This document shows, piece by piece, positions 36,726-50,552 of a DNA stretch of 64,000 nucleotides. Position numbers and translations under genes: made by a program. Origin of the DNA: the human T2T-CHM13v2.0 reference genome, Homo sapiens. Where the stretch lies: the NCBI RefSeq assembly GCF_009914755.1, contig NC_060938.1; one strand, written 5' to 3'. The stretch's first letter is position 1. Each line of letters begins with the position of its first letter. The notes under the pieces are model-generated. The model had not been told where the DNA came from. It saw nothing but the letters and a program-made list of their open reading frames with translations, and did not search any database.

Positions 36726-37404
36726 TCAGTGCTAAGTTCAGAGAATGTAATATAGGAGATTTAATAGGCAAACCAGTCCTGAATAAAGAAAAGTTGTAGA
36801 ATTTGGCCACAGGAGCCGTTGCTAAAGTAGAGAGTAAGTGAGGGCTATTGTCATTGAGGAAGCCAAGGGTGAAAGTCTAGAGAATTTGATCCAATGACCA
36901 AAAGATTATTTAAATCAACAAGATTTAGAATGCTGAGGAAGATGGTAAACCATGACTTTGATTCTGCAGCAAGTACAATGAGTTTCTAAGGAAGCTGAGA
37001 AATCTTAGGAAAGCTGCAAGTGTCACCACCATCTCCTAGACTATGAGATACAGAAAAATGATCAAGCAACATTTGGAGCCTTACACGAAAGTGTGGACCA
37101 CAGAGAGAGTGAGGAGAGAGACAATTTTTAATTGAGACAGAAGCGGTGTCTGAAAAAAGTGAGGGTAGAGAGAGCTGAGTTTTAAAAAAGTGATTAATTT
37201 CAGATACAATGCGCATTTTTTAATGATCTCTCAGCTTAGCTATATCATGGGTAGAACATGATTTTTAAGAGTTTGAGTCAGAGATAGCACAGACATAGTG
37301 GTGGAAGTGCAGAGATTAGCAAACATGGCCACTCAATACATATTTTTTCAATTAACAAATCAATAATGCTAGCTCGCATCAGGATCCTGCACAGGTGGCC
37401 TTCA

Positions 37405-37722
<318 letters not shown>

Positions 37723-37775
37723 CCAAAGAAATTTCTCTCTTGGTGAAAATGTTGATGTTTCTATCATGCTTTAAA

Positions 37776-37970
37776 ACTGTTCTATCCCATGTAATAGCCA
37801 CTAGCCACATGTGGCTATTTAAATTTCACATTGTTAGGATTAAATAGTTTTTTAGTCACACTAGCTACGTTTCAAGTTCTCAGTAGCCACACATGGGCAA
37901 GTGGCTCCAACGCTAGACAATGCAGACATAGAATATCTCTATAACTACAGAAAACTCTATTAGAGAGCAA
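37776..37970. mobile_element. MER3/MER33-like hAT-Charlie DNA transposon
   Basis: tagccactagccacatgtggctatttaaattt...tttcaagttctcagtagccacacatg. Confidence 0.8.
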
Positions 37971-40099
37971 TGACACAGAACAAATACAACCGTGGCCTCT
38001 TTTCTAAATGCACTCATCATACATCATTCGTTTTGACCTTCCACCTTCCAATTAGTTCTATGCTTATTTATTCCTCTAAGACATTGGATAATTATATTAA
38101 AATAATGTATGTGCTCATTAATACTGTATGTTCCCTGCAAACATGCTTCAGCATTCAACACCAGGCCACCTACAGTTCAGGATTCACAACCTCGACTCCC
38201 ACCTATCCTGACTTGGTTTGACTTTGGCAAATGAAGTTGTTAAAATCCCAATGTGCCTCAAGCTTATATCTTTAAGTTATGAAAGTGAGTAACAACTAAT
38301 GGTTTCTACCAGAAAAAAAAAATATTGCTCTAGTGCTGCATTGCAGAAGATCGAGGCAACATTATATTCCCTAAAGGGGGAGTATGGGTATGAAAGGCCA
38401 AAATGAAAACAAATGCTTTATTCTAGCCCTTCTGAATCCAGGTTTTATTATTTGCCAAAGTTGATTTTGTAAATTTATTAAAGAAATTTGTATTTTTGGT
38501 TTTAATTGTCAGTGGCGTCACTTAACTGTGCATTAACCTTTTCCTTAATTGACTTCCTCTTTATGGTTTAGATATTTAGTAGTTTTTTTTCCTTCCTTTT
38601 CATTGCAGTAACTATCAATTACAGCATTTAGCGATCATAATTAACACAAAGTTTCTCTTTGTCCAGAGAGTAACCAAACTTCTTTATTTATTAGCTCTCT
38701 TCTGAACTTTTTGGTAAAGCTTATTTTTAATTTCCCAAAATTCAAATGTGTATCATATTCTGTACATTCAAGGTAAATATTACAAAAGGAATGTAACTTG
38801 TATACATTAGTGATGCATGCACACTTAAAATTTCTGAATAAGCAATGTACTAACAGCCCCCGCAGTTCATCAGCTTGGAAATTGAAAGAAAAACAAAAAC
38901 ACAGCAAATGTGCATAGGCTTTAAAATTCTTATACTGTTCTTACATTCAGGAAGAAATTGGTATTAACCAGATGGCAATAATATTGTGCCTTATAACTTC
39001 CTAGAATGTGTTTCTAAAAATTGATTGATCTAGAATTTCAAGCTTCACTTTTTAGCAAATACTGAAAATATTCATGAATTGTGTTCACTTTTAGAATTTT
39101 CTCATCAAGAACATATGATAACTGTATTATACAATTTTGCTACGAGGTAATAAAGGAAGTGGATTCTTTGTTGAGTCTTCACATCTAGGACCTTTGCTTT
39201 TTTCTTATATTTGTTGTCTGCTAATAATCAAGCCTAGATAGTCTGCAAAACTGATTGTTCCCTAGATAGAATTAGAAAGGGCTAAACATAGGTCTTTGAT
39301 TTGAATGACCAATAAGAATAAAATAGAAGCAAGAATAAAGATCTTGCCTGTAGTTTATCAACTCCCCAGATGTTGTAAACTACTTTTCTCAATAACCCAG
39401 CTATTTACAAATATGGTGTGCCCAGCCTCACCTGAGCCCACATTTGTAGTGAAGTGGAGGAGTTTTTTAACTTTTTAATCAAGTGTTTTGGTATTGGGAG
39501 GTATAATGAGATAATGTGTGGTTCACATGAATGAATGTCAGTTTAATGAGTTTGTGCCTGTCTCAGGATGAAACATGCATTTTGGCTATGATGGTACTAG
39601 ACTGTTTACAACATAGACTCGGAATGCCTGGGGTAACTGTGACCTGGGCTAATGCATCATGGAAGGATAATTTCCTCTGCCTTTTTCCTTTTTAAACAAA
39701 TTGCAGCCTCATATTTCAACCAAATGACCTTTCTAAAATTCCACAGTGACTAATTATAAGAGAACAAGGGGCATTTACTATTAACAAAAAATAGATTAAG
39801 TTTTGCCATAAACTTGGGAGACAACATAGCTGATGATGTTTATAATCTGCGGTGATTGGAAGGGGGTGTATTCCAAAGGTGGTTGCAGATTGCTTCTGGC
39901 GCCATGCTGCTGAGCTCGGTCTATTCAATGCCACAAAGTCAGCAGCTTAAAATTCCCTGTCTGTTTTTTATGTCACTAATAATTTCAATTGATACTGTTC
40001 GAATGGAGGAGGAAAGCAAGCAGGAACAGTGAGGATGGGGGCTCAACCATCAATATGAGGAAATAGAGATAAGAAAAGGTGAGAGAGAATAAATGAAGA

Positions 40100-40940
40100 A
40101 TAGCTATTTATTCATACCCAAAATATTTATGAGGAACCTAAGATGTATGAAGTGTGAGGTTGTGGGCTTTCGCAGTGCAGAGCAAAGGAGACATACATAG
40201 TCCCTGGCTTAGGGGGTGCTTACAGTCAAGTTGGAGAGACAGACCAAAAATAAAACAGGTAAATAATAACATACTCACAACTTGTGAAGTGGTCTGAAGA
40301 AAATGAATAAGGTGCACAGATAAATAATAGTAAGAACTTCTCCAAAGATAAGAGAATGGCTTTTCAATTGAAGCTGAAAGTTGAGAAGGATGCAGACATT
40401 TTAACATCTTTGAAAAGAGGAAAAGGAAACAATGTGAATGAAATTTTTGGAATGTGAAAAAGATGAGTGTGCTAAAAATGAGTTTTAATAGATGAGTTTT
40501 AATAGTATAAAAACTTATGGTAATGAGTATGCTGGTGGGACTGAGAATTAAAGCAGCAGCAGGGAAGAGGAAAGAGGTGGTATTGAAGATAGCTGTGAGG
40601 TCTTGTCACATCTTGAATGGCAGATCAATGTTCCTGATTCTATGTGATAGGATTTCTTTAAGATTTTGAGTAGCTGACACTTCTGTTTAATATTGTATCG
40701 GGAGTGAATGGATTAGACATGGTCAAAATTGGAAGGGTAGAGATCGGTAAGATAATTGCAGCAGTTCAGGCTAGAGATGGTGATATTGGTGGAGGTACAA
40801 CGTGAAGGAGACATGGAGAATTCTGACAAATTTATAAGAAAAATACATTAGATATACAATTGGATTGAGGGTGGGTTTGGAGAAATTGAAAATTTCTCCC
40901 AGGTTTCTGACTTGAAACTTGGTTAATGAGTTTAAATATG
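40100..40940 (-). mobile_element. L2
   Basis: agtccctggcttagggggtgcttacagtc...gcagttcaggctagagatg...cccaggtttctgacttg. Confidence 0.7.
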
Positions 40941-41016
40941 AAAGTAAGCTTATTGTAGGTTCTAGAGTTCTGGAAATAGACCAACGTTAGTGCATTAGTG
41001 ATTTTTTTTTTTTTTT

Positions 41017-41019
<3 letters not shown>

Positions 41020-41047
<28 letters not shown>

Positions 41048-41319
41048 AATGTAACTAGCTATCAGTCTGAGTCTGAAGGCCCAAGAACTAGGAGAGTTTC
41101 AGTTCAAAAACCAGTAGGCCTGTGACCCAAGAAGAGCAGCTTCAACTGATTGGATGAAGCCCACCACTAGAGAGAAGGCAATCTGTTTTATTTAATTTAC
41201 CAATTTAAATGCTAATCTTATCCAGAAACGTCCTCACAGACACATCTAGAATAATGTTTGTTTATATATCTGGACACACCATGGCCTAGTCAAGTTGACA
41301 GATAAAATTAACCATCACA
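41020..41319 (-). mobile_element. MLT2 (B/D-like) LTR fragment preceded by (GA)n
   Basis: Ends ...ggcctagtcaagttgacagataaaattaaccatcaca, the reverse complement of the MLT2 start. Confidence 0.85.
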
Positions 41320-41445
41320 GCTAGAAATAGAAATTTGAGACTTACAAGTACATAGTACTTAAGCTGTAAATATGGATAAGTTCGGTTAAGGAATTAATAT
41401 ATAGAGAAGAACAGAAAGCCTGGGATTAGTCCCTGAGATCCACAT

Positions 41446-41738
41446 TTTTTTTCTTTTTTGTCTTATTTTAAGTTCTAGGGTACATATGCAGGATGTGCAG
41501 ATTTGTTACATAGGCAAACGTGTGTCATGGTGGTTTGCTGCACCTATCAACCGATCATCTAAGTAGTAAGCCCAGCTATTTTTTCCTGATGCTCTTTCTC
41601 CCCATGTTCCCCCCAACAGGCCCCAGTGTGTGTTGTTCCCCTCCCAGTGTCCATGTGTTCTCATTGTTCAGCTCCCACTTATGAGTGAGAACATGCAGTG
41701 TTTGGTTTTCTGTTCCTGCATTAGTTTGCTGAGGATAA
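41446..41738 (-). mobile_element. L1PA (about PA8-10) 3' end fragment
   Basis: ttttaagttctagggtacatatgcaggatgtgcag...cccacttatgagtgagaacatg. Confidence 0.9.
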
Positions 41739-42159
41739 TTGAAGAGCCACAAATTTTAAAAGCTGAGAAAGGTAGGAGTAGCCTGAGAAAGAGATCAAGA
41801 AGGAACATCTGGTTCAAGAAACATCTCAAGAATGGGAACCAGATAAGCCAAGAGAGGCATCATTATCTCCTATTTCCTACTGAAGGAAATACAAACTTCT
41901 GAGCCTTTCTTTCTTAATATGATCCATGAATTTATCCTTATTACTCACCATTTTTCACACTTTGCTGTGCTCCTGGTAATCTTTTACATAACTGGAGTGC
42001 CCATTCAATCCTGACTCTACTTGTCTTGTGGAACCACGCTTGTTTTTATTATATGTAGACATGTTATCTCCCTTATTGAAAGTTCAACTTCTTGAACAAT
42101 TAGATTGTTATTTTCCTTTTAATTTCTCGACAGGACTGTAAGAATGCACCCTTTGTATC

Positions 42160-42670
42160 ATGTGATAGTTGTGGTCAATGGACACTGCCTTCTAAAGGGT
42201 TTCTTATGCTGCAAGTTCAGGAAAACTAAAAATATAGCCTTTCCCACTTTCCAGATGGTTTTGCATAAAAGGAAGGTTTTGCCATATAGAAGTAGTAGCT
42301 TCAAACATTGGAAGTGTAAATGAATTTTGGATTGTCTTCTTGCTCCTTTGTCTCCTCAAGGAGAGCTGTGACCTTAAAAGCAATTGTGGTGGCTAGACAG
42401 GCTTTCCACCTTCTAGCCATTGGCTCTGTGCGTATGGCATGAGATGGTGACAGAAGCCAAGGCGCCCTGACCTCTAGAACATGAGTCTACAACCACCAGG
42501 GTGTATATTTCATGTGTCCTCAAACTACAAAGAGCAAATAATTTTAGTGGTGCCCATCTGACTCCCATCTTTCAACAGTTTTAGAAACACCTGATTTCTT
42601 TTATTAAATTACTTTTGTCCCAAATACTCAGAGTTACTACTATTTTATTCATTGAATTTTAACTAAGGGA
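42160..42670 (+). mobile_element. Ancient ERVL-type LTR (LTR33/16-like)
   Basis: TGTG start; attaaattacttttgtcccaaatactcagagtt...ttaactaa end. Confidence 0.35.
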
Positions 42671-43597
42671 AATATGGTACAAATTCAACTATAAAATGTT
42701 TGAAGTATAATTAATAAATAAAATAAGAGGCCAATTATGACATCGTTGAGACATCAGCTACAGCAAATTCTTAGTGAATCTCTTCTGCCAGGTTCTGGGA
42801 TGCTCTACAATTAAGAGATAAAGAATGTAATGCAGGTAATAATGGAGACTCTAGATTGAGACAGAGGCAAAGGACCAAAGAGGAGCAGAACCATAAAGAG
42901 AGCTCGTATGTGGAGTCCAGACTGTGCAGGTCAACAAATGCATCCCTAAGTTGCCAGGTAGAAGAAAAGAAAGGTTGATCATCCCAGGAAAAGGCGATAA
43001 GGAAACTCACTTCAAAAATGTATTTTTTTTTTAATATTTTCAACACTCAAATGAAAAGGGCTGAAGGATGAAATGCTGTGTCTGTTTTTCTCATACAGCA
43101 GAAGAGTGAACCTAGGACATTCTAATTTCTTTTAGCAACTACACTTAAGTCCCTAGCATATTCTATATTTCTATTAGAGCCTTTGCCTTGATATCCTTCT
43201 TCATGGTGGCAAGACAGCTATGGCAGCTGCAAGTATTATGTCCTCAAACTACAAAGAACAAAAGAAATGAGAGGCTAAAATTTTCTTTATGTTTTCCTAT
43301 TTTTATACCAAGAAGAAAAATTATTCCAAGAGCTGGCAGCCTATTTGCCCATGCCAGGTTCAAGGAGACTGAGAAAGCAAATGTCTATTCATACAGAGAG
43401 TAGAAACTTAATGTCATAAGTTGAATTTTGTCCCATAAAAATTCATGTGAAGTCCTGACGCCCAGTACATCAGAATGTGACCTTGTCTGGAAATACGGTT
43501 TTTGCAGATTTCATTAGTAAGTTAAGGTAAGTTTAGGATGGAGTAGAGTTGGCACCTAATCTAATATGACTGATGTCCTTATAAAGAGAAAGCCATG

Positions 43598-44290
43598 TGA
43601 TATGGTTTGGCTGTGTCCTGACCCAAATCTTGTCTCATACTGCAGCTCCCATAATCCCCAAGTGTTGTGGGAAGGACCTGGTGGGAGGTAATTGAATCAT
43701 GGGGCGGGTTTTTCCCGTGCTGCTCTCATGATAGTGAATAAGTTTCACAAGATCTGGTGGTTTTATAAAGGGGAGCTCCCCTGATCAAGTTTGCTCCTTC
43801 TTCACCTTCCACCATGATTGTGAGGCCTCCCCAGCCATGTGGAACTGAGAGTCCGTTAAACTTCTTTCTCTTTCTTTCTTTCTCCTTTTTTTTTTATTTT
43901 TTTATTTTATTTTTATTTTTTATTTTTTTTGACAGAGTATCGCTCAGTCACCCAGGCTGGAGTGCAGTGGCGCAACTTTGGCTCACTGCAGGCTCCAGCC
44001 TCCACCTCCTGTGTTCAAGCAATTCTCCTGCCTCAGCCTCCCAGTAGCTGGGATTACAGGTGCCCTACACCATGCCCAGCTAATTTTTTTGCATTTTTAG
44101 TAGGGACAGGTTTTCACCATGTTGGCCAGGCTAGTCTCAAACACCTGACCTCAAATGATTCACCTGCCTCAGCCTCCCAAAGTGTTGGGGTTACAGGCAT
44201 GAGACACTGTGCCTGGCCTAACTTATTTTTCTTTATAAATTGCCCAGTCTTGGGTATTTCTTACTAGCAATATGAAAATTGACTAAGGTA
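43598..44290 (+). mobile_element. THE1 (D-like) solo LTR nested in MLT1
   Basis: TGATATGGTTTGGCTGTGTCC start; TSD CCATG at 43593-43597 and 44291-44295. Confidence 0.9.
43875..44218 (-). mobile_element. AluSx-like element nested in THE1
   Basis: Full Alu with a T-rich tail inside the THE1 3' region. Confidence 0.93.
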
Positions 44291-46334
44291 CCATGTGAAG
44301 AGATGGACATACACAGGGAGATTGCCATGTGAAGTTTAGAGTATGGTTGCCCCAAGCCAAGGAACTACCAGAGAATAGGAGCAAAACTTAAAGCAGATCC
44401 TTCCTTAGCGTTCACAGAAAGTATGGCCCTGCCAACACCTTGATTTTAGACCTCTGGCTTCCAGAATTGTGAGACAATACATTTCTGTTACTCTAAGCCA
44501 CCCAGTATATTTTACTTTTTTATGGCAGCTCAGGAAACTAAGATATTCAGTATTTGTAAAACTCTGTGGTTTTATTTGCATGTGGTTAGTAATTTCTTTT
44601 AACTATGGATAATTAGAACAGATAACACATCTATAGTTAATAATACTTTAAAGAATTCTAAAATATAGGGTAAAGTCATCATAAACCAGGAAGTAAATTT
44701 AGAAATATTCTTACTGATGTCTTTCAAAAGACTCAGTGTTAATAATGACTTTTCTTTATGGGGATAATTCCATCTTCTGTAGTTACTCTGACACATGCTA
44801 TGTGCCTTTAAGAATGAGGCCTAAACAACACCATATCCCAATCATCTTTGTACCATCAGTGCACATGGAGGCAGAACATTTTGCTGCAGTTGAGAAGTGA
44901 AAAGGATAAGAAACATTCATGCAAGGCTTTCTGAAAGGTGTAAATGTCGAAACTATGAATTTAATTATTAAATAAATTCTGATCTATACTTATTTAATTT
45001 TGGTATCACACCATATTTTTTCATTTCTAAAAGAGAAATTAGAAAAGACGCAAAACTTATTGGGAATAAATTGACTAATTAAGGCCATCACATTATGGTT
45101 TCAAAGTGTGTGATAAGATCTGACAGCCTTTCTGCCAGTTTTTGAAAAATCTTGCCAAGTAGTACTTAGCACAAGAATAAAACTTATTTCACTCAAGATA
45201 TTTCTCGTGTCAGCATATTCATTGGCTTAAAAATAAGTAGCATGTTTCTAAGATCCAGCCCAGTAACCAAAAGTATGTGAAGAATTCATTTATAAGAAAT
45301 CCAAAGAAAACACATACATATTAGATTTACTAGTGCATTCGGATGGAAAAATTCTGGAAGACCAAGGCCAAAATCAGTTTTGCTGCCATGGAAGAAATTT
45401 TAGTAAATTTTACTGGGTATCATAAAAACATACTACCAAGTTTAAATGAGCTAGAGTGAAGAATTGCCATTGGCCTTCCTTGCTTTCCTGTTCTTGAAGT
45501 GAGAACGTTATTATGAATCAGTTTTTGTAGCTAAATTGGTGCTGTTATCTTTTTTTTTCAAGTTTCTTAAGCTTAAACTCTTTGTAGACATAATAATGAA
45601 TGTAAAGTGAAATAAGACCAAACTTTCTTGAAACTAATTTCAGCTGTACAATTTTTTAACCTTTCCCAAAGACACTCCAATGACTGTAAATCCTAATAGG
45701 TGACTGAATAAGCCTGAATGTTTAAGTCATACCCACGGCCTGGGCATTTCCCAGTAAGTTAGAAAGAACTGTGGCTCCCAGGGGATTCTGTTGCAAGTGA
45801 CCTATGAAGGTCTTTTCCACACATGAAAGAAACAAACTCATTCTTTCCAGCTCGGATGTTGGATTCTGTGATGCAAGGCGGTCATTTCGAATTGAATTTT
45901 ATAAATACCCAGTGGTTAGAATAGGACCGGCATGTGGCTAAGAGGCATTACCCCACTTAAAGGAGAGGTCTCTGAAAACAGATATTAGTCTGCTCAAACC
46001 AAAACAGATTTGAGAAAAACAACCAACAATACAGCAAAAACAATAGCTTGGTTGAAATGCAACAATTTATCTAGAAATCAACTTGCTCAACACCAGCCAT
46101 GATCCATTTGTTTGAATTTAAACTGTTTTCAAAATGTGTTTTCCCTGCATATGGCTAAACAGACCAAAGTACAAATAATAGAAGAAGTAGCTCAACCTTT
46201 GTAACCAAATTAGTGAATAATAAAACCTTAAAAATTGAAATGTAGGTCATAATCTTTTAGTCCCCATGCATGGACTCCTTAGAAATTCTCCTTGAAGCAC
46301 ATTCTTTCAGCCCCTGCTTCCTTTTAAAAAAATA

Positions 46335-46648
46335 AGTTTATTTACTTATTTTTATTTTTATTAGAAACAGGACCTTACTCTGTCATCTAGGCTGGAGTAC
46401 AGTTGTGCAATCATAGCTCACTGCAGCTTCGAACTCCTGAGCTGAAGTGAGTCTCCCTTCTCAGCCTCCCAAAGTAGCTAGGATAACAGGCACATACCAC
46501 CATGCCTAGCTAATTATTTTAATTTTTTTTGTAGACATGGGGTCTCACTATGTTGCCCAGGCTAGTCTTAAACTTCCAGCTTCAAGTTATCCTCTTGCTT
46601 TGGCCTCCCAAAGTGCTGGGATTATAGACACGGTCACAGTGCCTGGCC
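46335..46648 (-). mobile_element. AluJ
   Basis: atcatagctcactgcagcttcgaactcctgagc...tatgttgcccaggct. Confidence 0.92.
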
Positions 46649-46889
46649 AGCAGCCTCGGCTTTCAAACTTTCAGCAAGGAAGAAGTTACCGTCTTGAAAA
46701 CAGCCAACTGAATTTGGGGGAAATTATATTGTAAGAAATTGCTTTTTGCTATTCATTCAAAATGCCCATTTCCGTTTTCTTCCTACTGATCTAAGCTCAA
46801 AAGTTTTGTCTCCAAATAAATCTAATTCTTCATAGAGACTACTGTGAAGTCTCCATGAAGACTTCATATGACTTCATAGAAGTCATATG

Positions 46890-47466
<577 letters not shown>

Positions 47467-47519
47467 TTTGGGTTTGCCAACTTTCTTCTAAAAGTCAGAT
47501 GTAACAGTAAGTTTTCAGA

Positions 47520-48010
47520 TATGCAATGAGGTCTTCTTGATTGCGGACACTGTGCTATAATCAATGCATTTTAGCTCCATGCTGATTTCAGTGGTGAACC
47601 AATCACCCTGCTGGCTCACATTAATCTTAGAGTTGGTGAAAACACCTGTAACATTTTAACCCACGTAACTGTTTAGCCTGACCTCTCTCTTACACTTTTG
47701 AGCCGCATGCTTTCTGACCCAAGTGCAGGATACTGAATTTATCTTTACTAAATGAGATCTTTGTAGACTCAATCCACAGTTTCAGCCTGTCAAGATGGCT
47801 TTCAATCCTGATTCTGTCATCCTGTGTATTAGTTATCTCCCTGATCTTGATGTCAGCCACAGATTTGATAACACACCTTCTTTGTCCTCATACAAGTCAA
47901 TGATAAAAATGCTAATAGGACCAATCCAAGGAAGGAACTACGCTGCTGGCAATCATCCATGTTGCAAATGCCATGCATAGTATTTGGGTTTCATTCAACC
48001 AGTTGAAAAT
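47520..48010 (-). mobile_element. CR1/L3 LINE reverse-transcriptase remnant
   Basis: The minus strand gives degenerate CR1 RT peptides across frameshifts (FIIDL...IKSVADI...LDRLKLW...SILHLGQK). Confidence 0.7.
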
Positions 48011-48059
48011 CTACTCAACCATATTAACACTCTATACATTACTTCATCTCATATGTAAA

Positions 48060-48310
48060 GATGTTTTGAATCTGGTCCCTGCCTTCTGCCTTAACATTAT
48101 CTGGTTCTTTATTCCAAGTACTTGTTGCATTCCAGCCAGACTAGCAATATTTCTGTCCCTGGCTGATTCTGGGCTCCCTCCTCATCTCAGAACATTTCTA
48201 ATTGTTGTTCCCATTACCTGAATTACTCTTGTCCCAGACTCTTGTGTGATTGGTTCCTTATCGTTCAGTTCCCAGTTCCAGCCATACCTCCAAGCACTGC
48301 TTCTCTATCT
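48060..48310 (+). mobile_element. L2 remnant
   Basis: atctggtccctgcc...cattccagccagactag...ttgttcccattacctgaattactctt. Confidence 0.55.
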
Positions 48311-48370
48311 CTGTTTCTCAACTATTGACATCTAGGGCAGGATAACTCTTGGTTGTGGGGCACTCATCAG
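48311..48370 (+). mobile_element. MER20 fragment
   Basis: tttctcaactattgacatctagggcaggataactcttggttgtgggg. Confidence 0.55.
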
Positions 48371-50302
48371 TAATGTTTTGTGATTGTTAGTGTTCAAGTC
48401 TCACACTTCTTTTATAAATATATTTCTAAATATGCTATTTTGAGTGGATTAATTTCCTTTTAAAATAATCTTAAATATAAATCTTAAAAAATTTCTTTTA
48501 AATATAAATTTTAAAGTGAACAACATCAGTATTCATTATTAGCCAAAAAAATCAGGTGTCAATCTTTAAAAAATCTACTCCATAAAATAAAATCTCCCTA
48601 TGCACCTGTTATTGAATTTAGGGCTGATTTAGACATTCCATCTGGCTGTCACATTACATACAAGTAAACACTCTCATTTGGCTTAAATACATTTTTATTC
48701 TGCTTTCACTATTATAATTTCTAAAATAGAGATCCTATAAAATTACATTTTATAATTCATTCACCCATCTCCCAGTAAAACACTGAGAAAAGTTAGAGTG
48801 CCTAGCAAGGCTTTTTACAAAGCAAAGTGGAAGAATAAAGGTCAATGAGGGTTTTTCTTGCACCTAATCTGGGACTGGAGAGGAAAAATAGAAAGAAGTA
48901 AGTTTATTTGATTGCATGTACACATGTCTCATGCCTGCATTAGCATGAGTGTCAAAGATAAGTGGTTTTCCCTCACATTGCATCAATTAGCTCCTTCCCC
49001 ACATCACCAATTAGTATGCTTGCAACAGTAAAATGAGACTGGGGCTATTCCCCTAATAATAACTTGTCCAAGATTCAGCTTTCTTTTAGGACGAAGTGGA
49101 GTTTTTCATGGCAATAATAAGTGCATTTACTTAACCCACCTCAATTTCTAGTAAGTTGGCTATTACTGGATCAAAACCAAATTCAGGGCAAGGACTTTAT
49201 TTTGTTCCATTTTATATTCTGCATTACTTTCAGGTTAATTAAAGATCCATAAATAGGTCTATATATATAAATGTGTCTTTTTTTGCTCTTCTTTCCTTGT
49301 TTGAGCTGATAGATTAATAATGAGCTTCAGTACCAACATGAGAGCTATCCAAATACGAAGGTAATAGAAATTTGCTGCTTGGCTCCTCCAAATAAGGCAA
49401 AAATAAAAATAAAAAAATAAAATAAAAACTCTTAGCCAGAATGTGACAATCAATCTGTCAAAGCTATTGACAGTTTTGAGTTAAAATGTTAATGAAAATG
49501 GTATTAATTCACAAAGAATTTTCCAGAGATATGAAAGATGAGGTTGAACTATAGGCATTAGTGGATATGTATGTAAGCATAATTATCAGCCCAAATTCAG
49601 TGAGAGCCACACAACCATTCAATTTAGCAAATAAATTTTATCCTTCATCTCAGACTTTTGATGTTCAATTTAACTCATCTAGAACGCAGGCCCTGTGCTA
49701 CCCCAGTATATTTTCATAAGCAGAATTTCACGGTAGCTATTTTGTATGCGAGAAGCAGTTTGTTTCAGTCTTAGAATATAACCATTTTGTTTAAAAAATA
49801 TATACATACATATACACATGCACACACAGGTGCACACATACATAAAGTTAATTTCAATTAAGGCATTAAAAATACATTTATGAACTTCAACTTTCATTTT
49901 ACATCTATTAAACATTGCTCATATCTGAAGAGAGAAGAAAAGGGGCGTTCTTTGCTTAAATGAAAGTGAGAAATGCTTTGTTTCTTGATGAAGTCTAATG
50001 AGTGTGGAGTATACATGTGAGTGCACAAAGCTGTTAATAAGTTCTGCAATAAAAACACTAGTTAAACATGATCCAACCCAGCATTTCACCACATCATTTG
50101 GCTGTGGATAACTACATTCAAGCAATACATATTAATTTTTGTCCTTACAGATAATTGCGTAAGAAACATTAATATTATCCATAACTTTCTGTAAAGTGTT
50201 AAAAACATTTCCTATAAGAACATGTTGTTATTATATTGTCTCTAAAATGGTTTTATTTAGGTAGTGGAGTTAATTCCTCATTATTGTTACTTTTTTATTG
50301 TA

Positions 50303-50382
50303 TTAGGTTGGTGCAAAAGTAATTGCAATTTTTGCCATTACTTTTAAATGGCAAAAACCACAATTACTTTTGCACCAACTAG
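50303..50382. mobile_element. MADE1 (Hsmar1-derived mariner MITE)
   Basis: TA-flanked palindrome TTAGGTTGGTGCAAAAGTAATTGC...CAATTACTTTTGCACCAACTAG. Confidence 0.95.
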
Positions 50383-50479
50383 TAGTTCTTCTTTAAGTAA
50401 CACTATGAATTGTGGGTGCTATGAAGAAAAAATAGAAAGTAAAGTCATGGCCAAAAAAGGAATGACCTAAAGTACACAT

Positions 50480-50552
50480 TTAGATAGATAGATATCTATA
50501 TCTGTCTATCTATATATCTATATATCTATGTATCTATCTATTTATATCTATA
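50480..50552. repeat. (TAGA)n/(TCTA)n degenerate microsatellite
   Basis: Direct reading of the sequence. Confidence 0.8.

Larger units (their letters stand above)
43412..44543 (+). mobile_element. MLT1B-like LTR, split by THE1 and Alu insertions
   Basis: 5' half 43412-43597 and 3' half 44291-44543 (ggccctgccaacaccttgattttagac). Confidence 0.85.

Noticed and set aside
40478-40505. 14-bp tandem duplication ATGAGTTTTAATAG x2 (a similar 12-bp one lies at about 11889-11913)
   Set aside because: Ordinary slippage micro-duplications.
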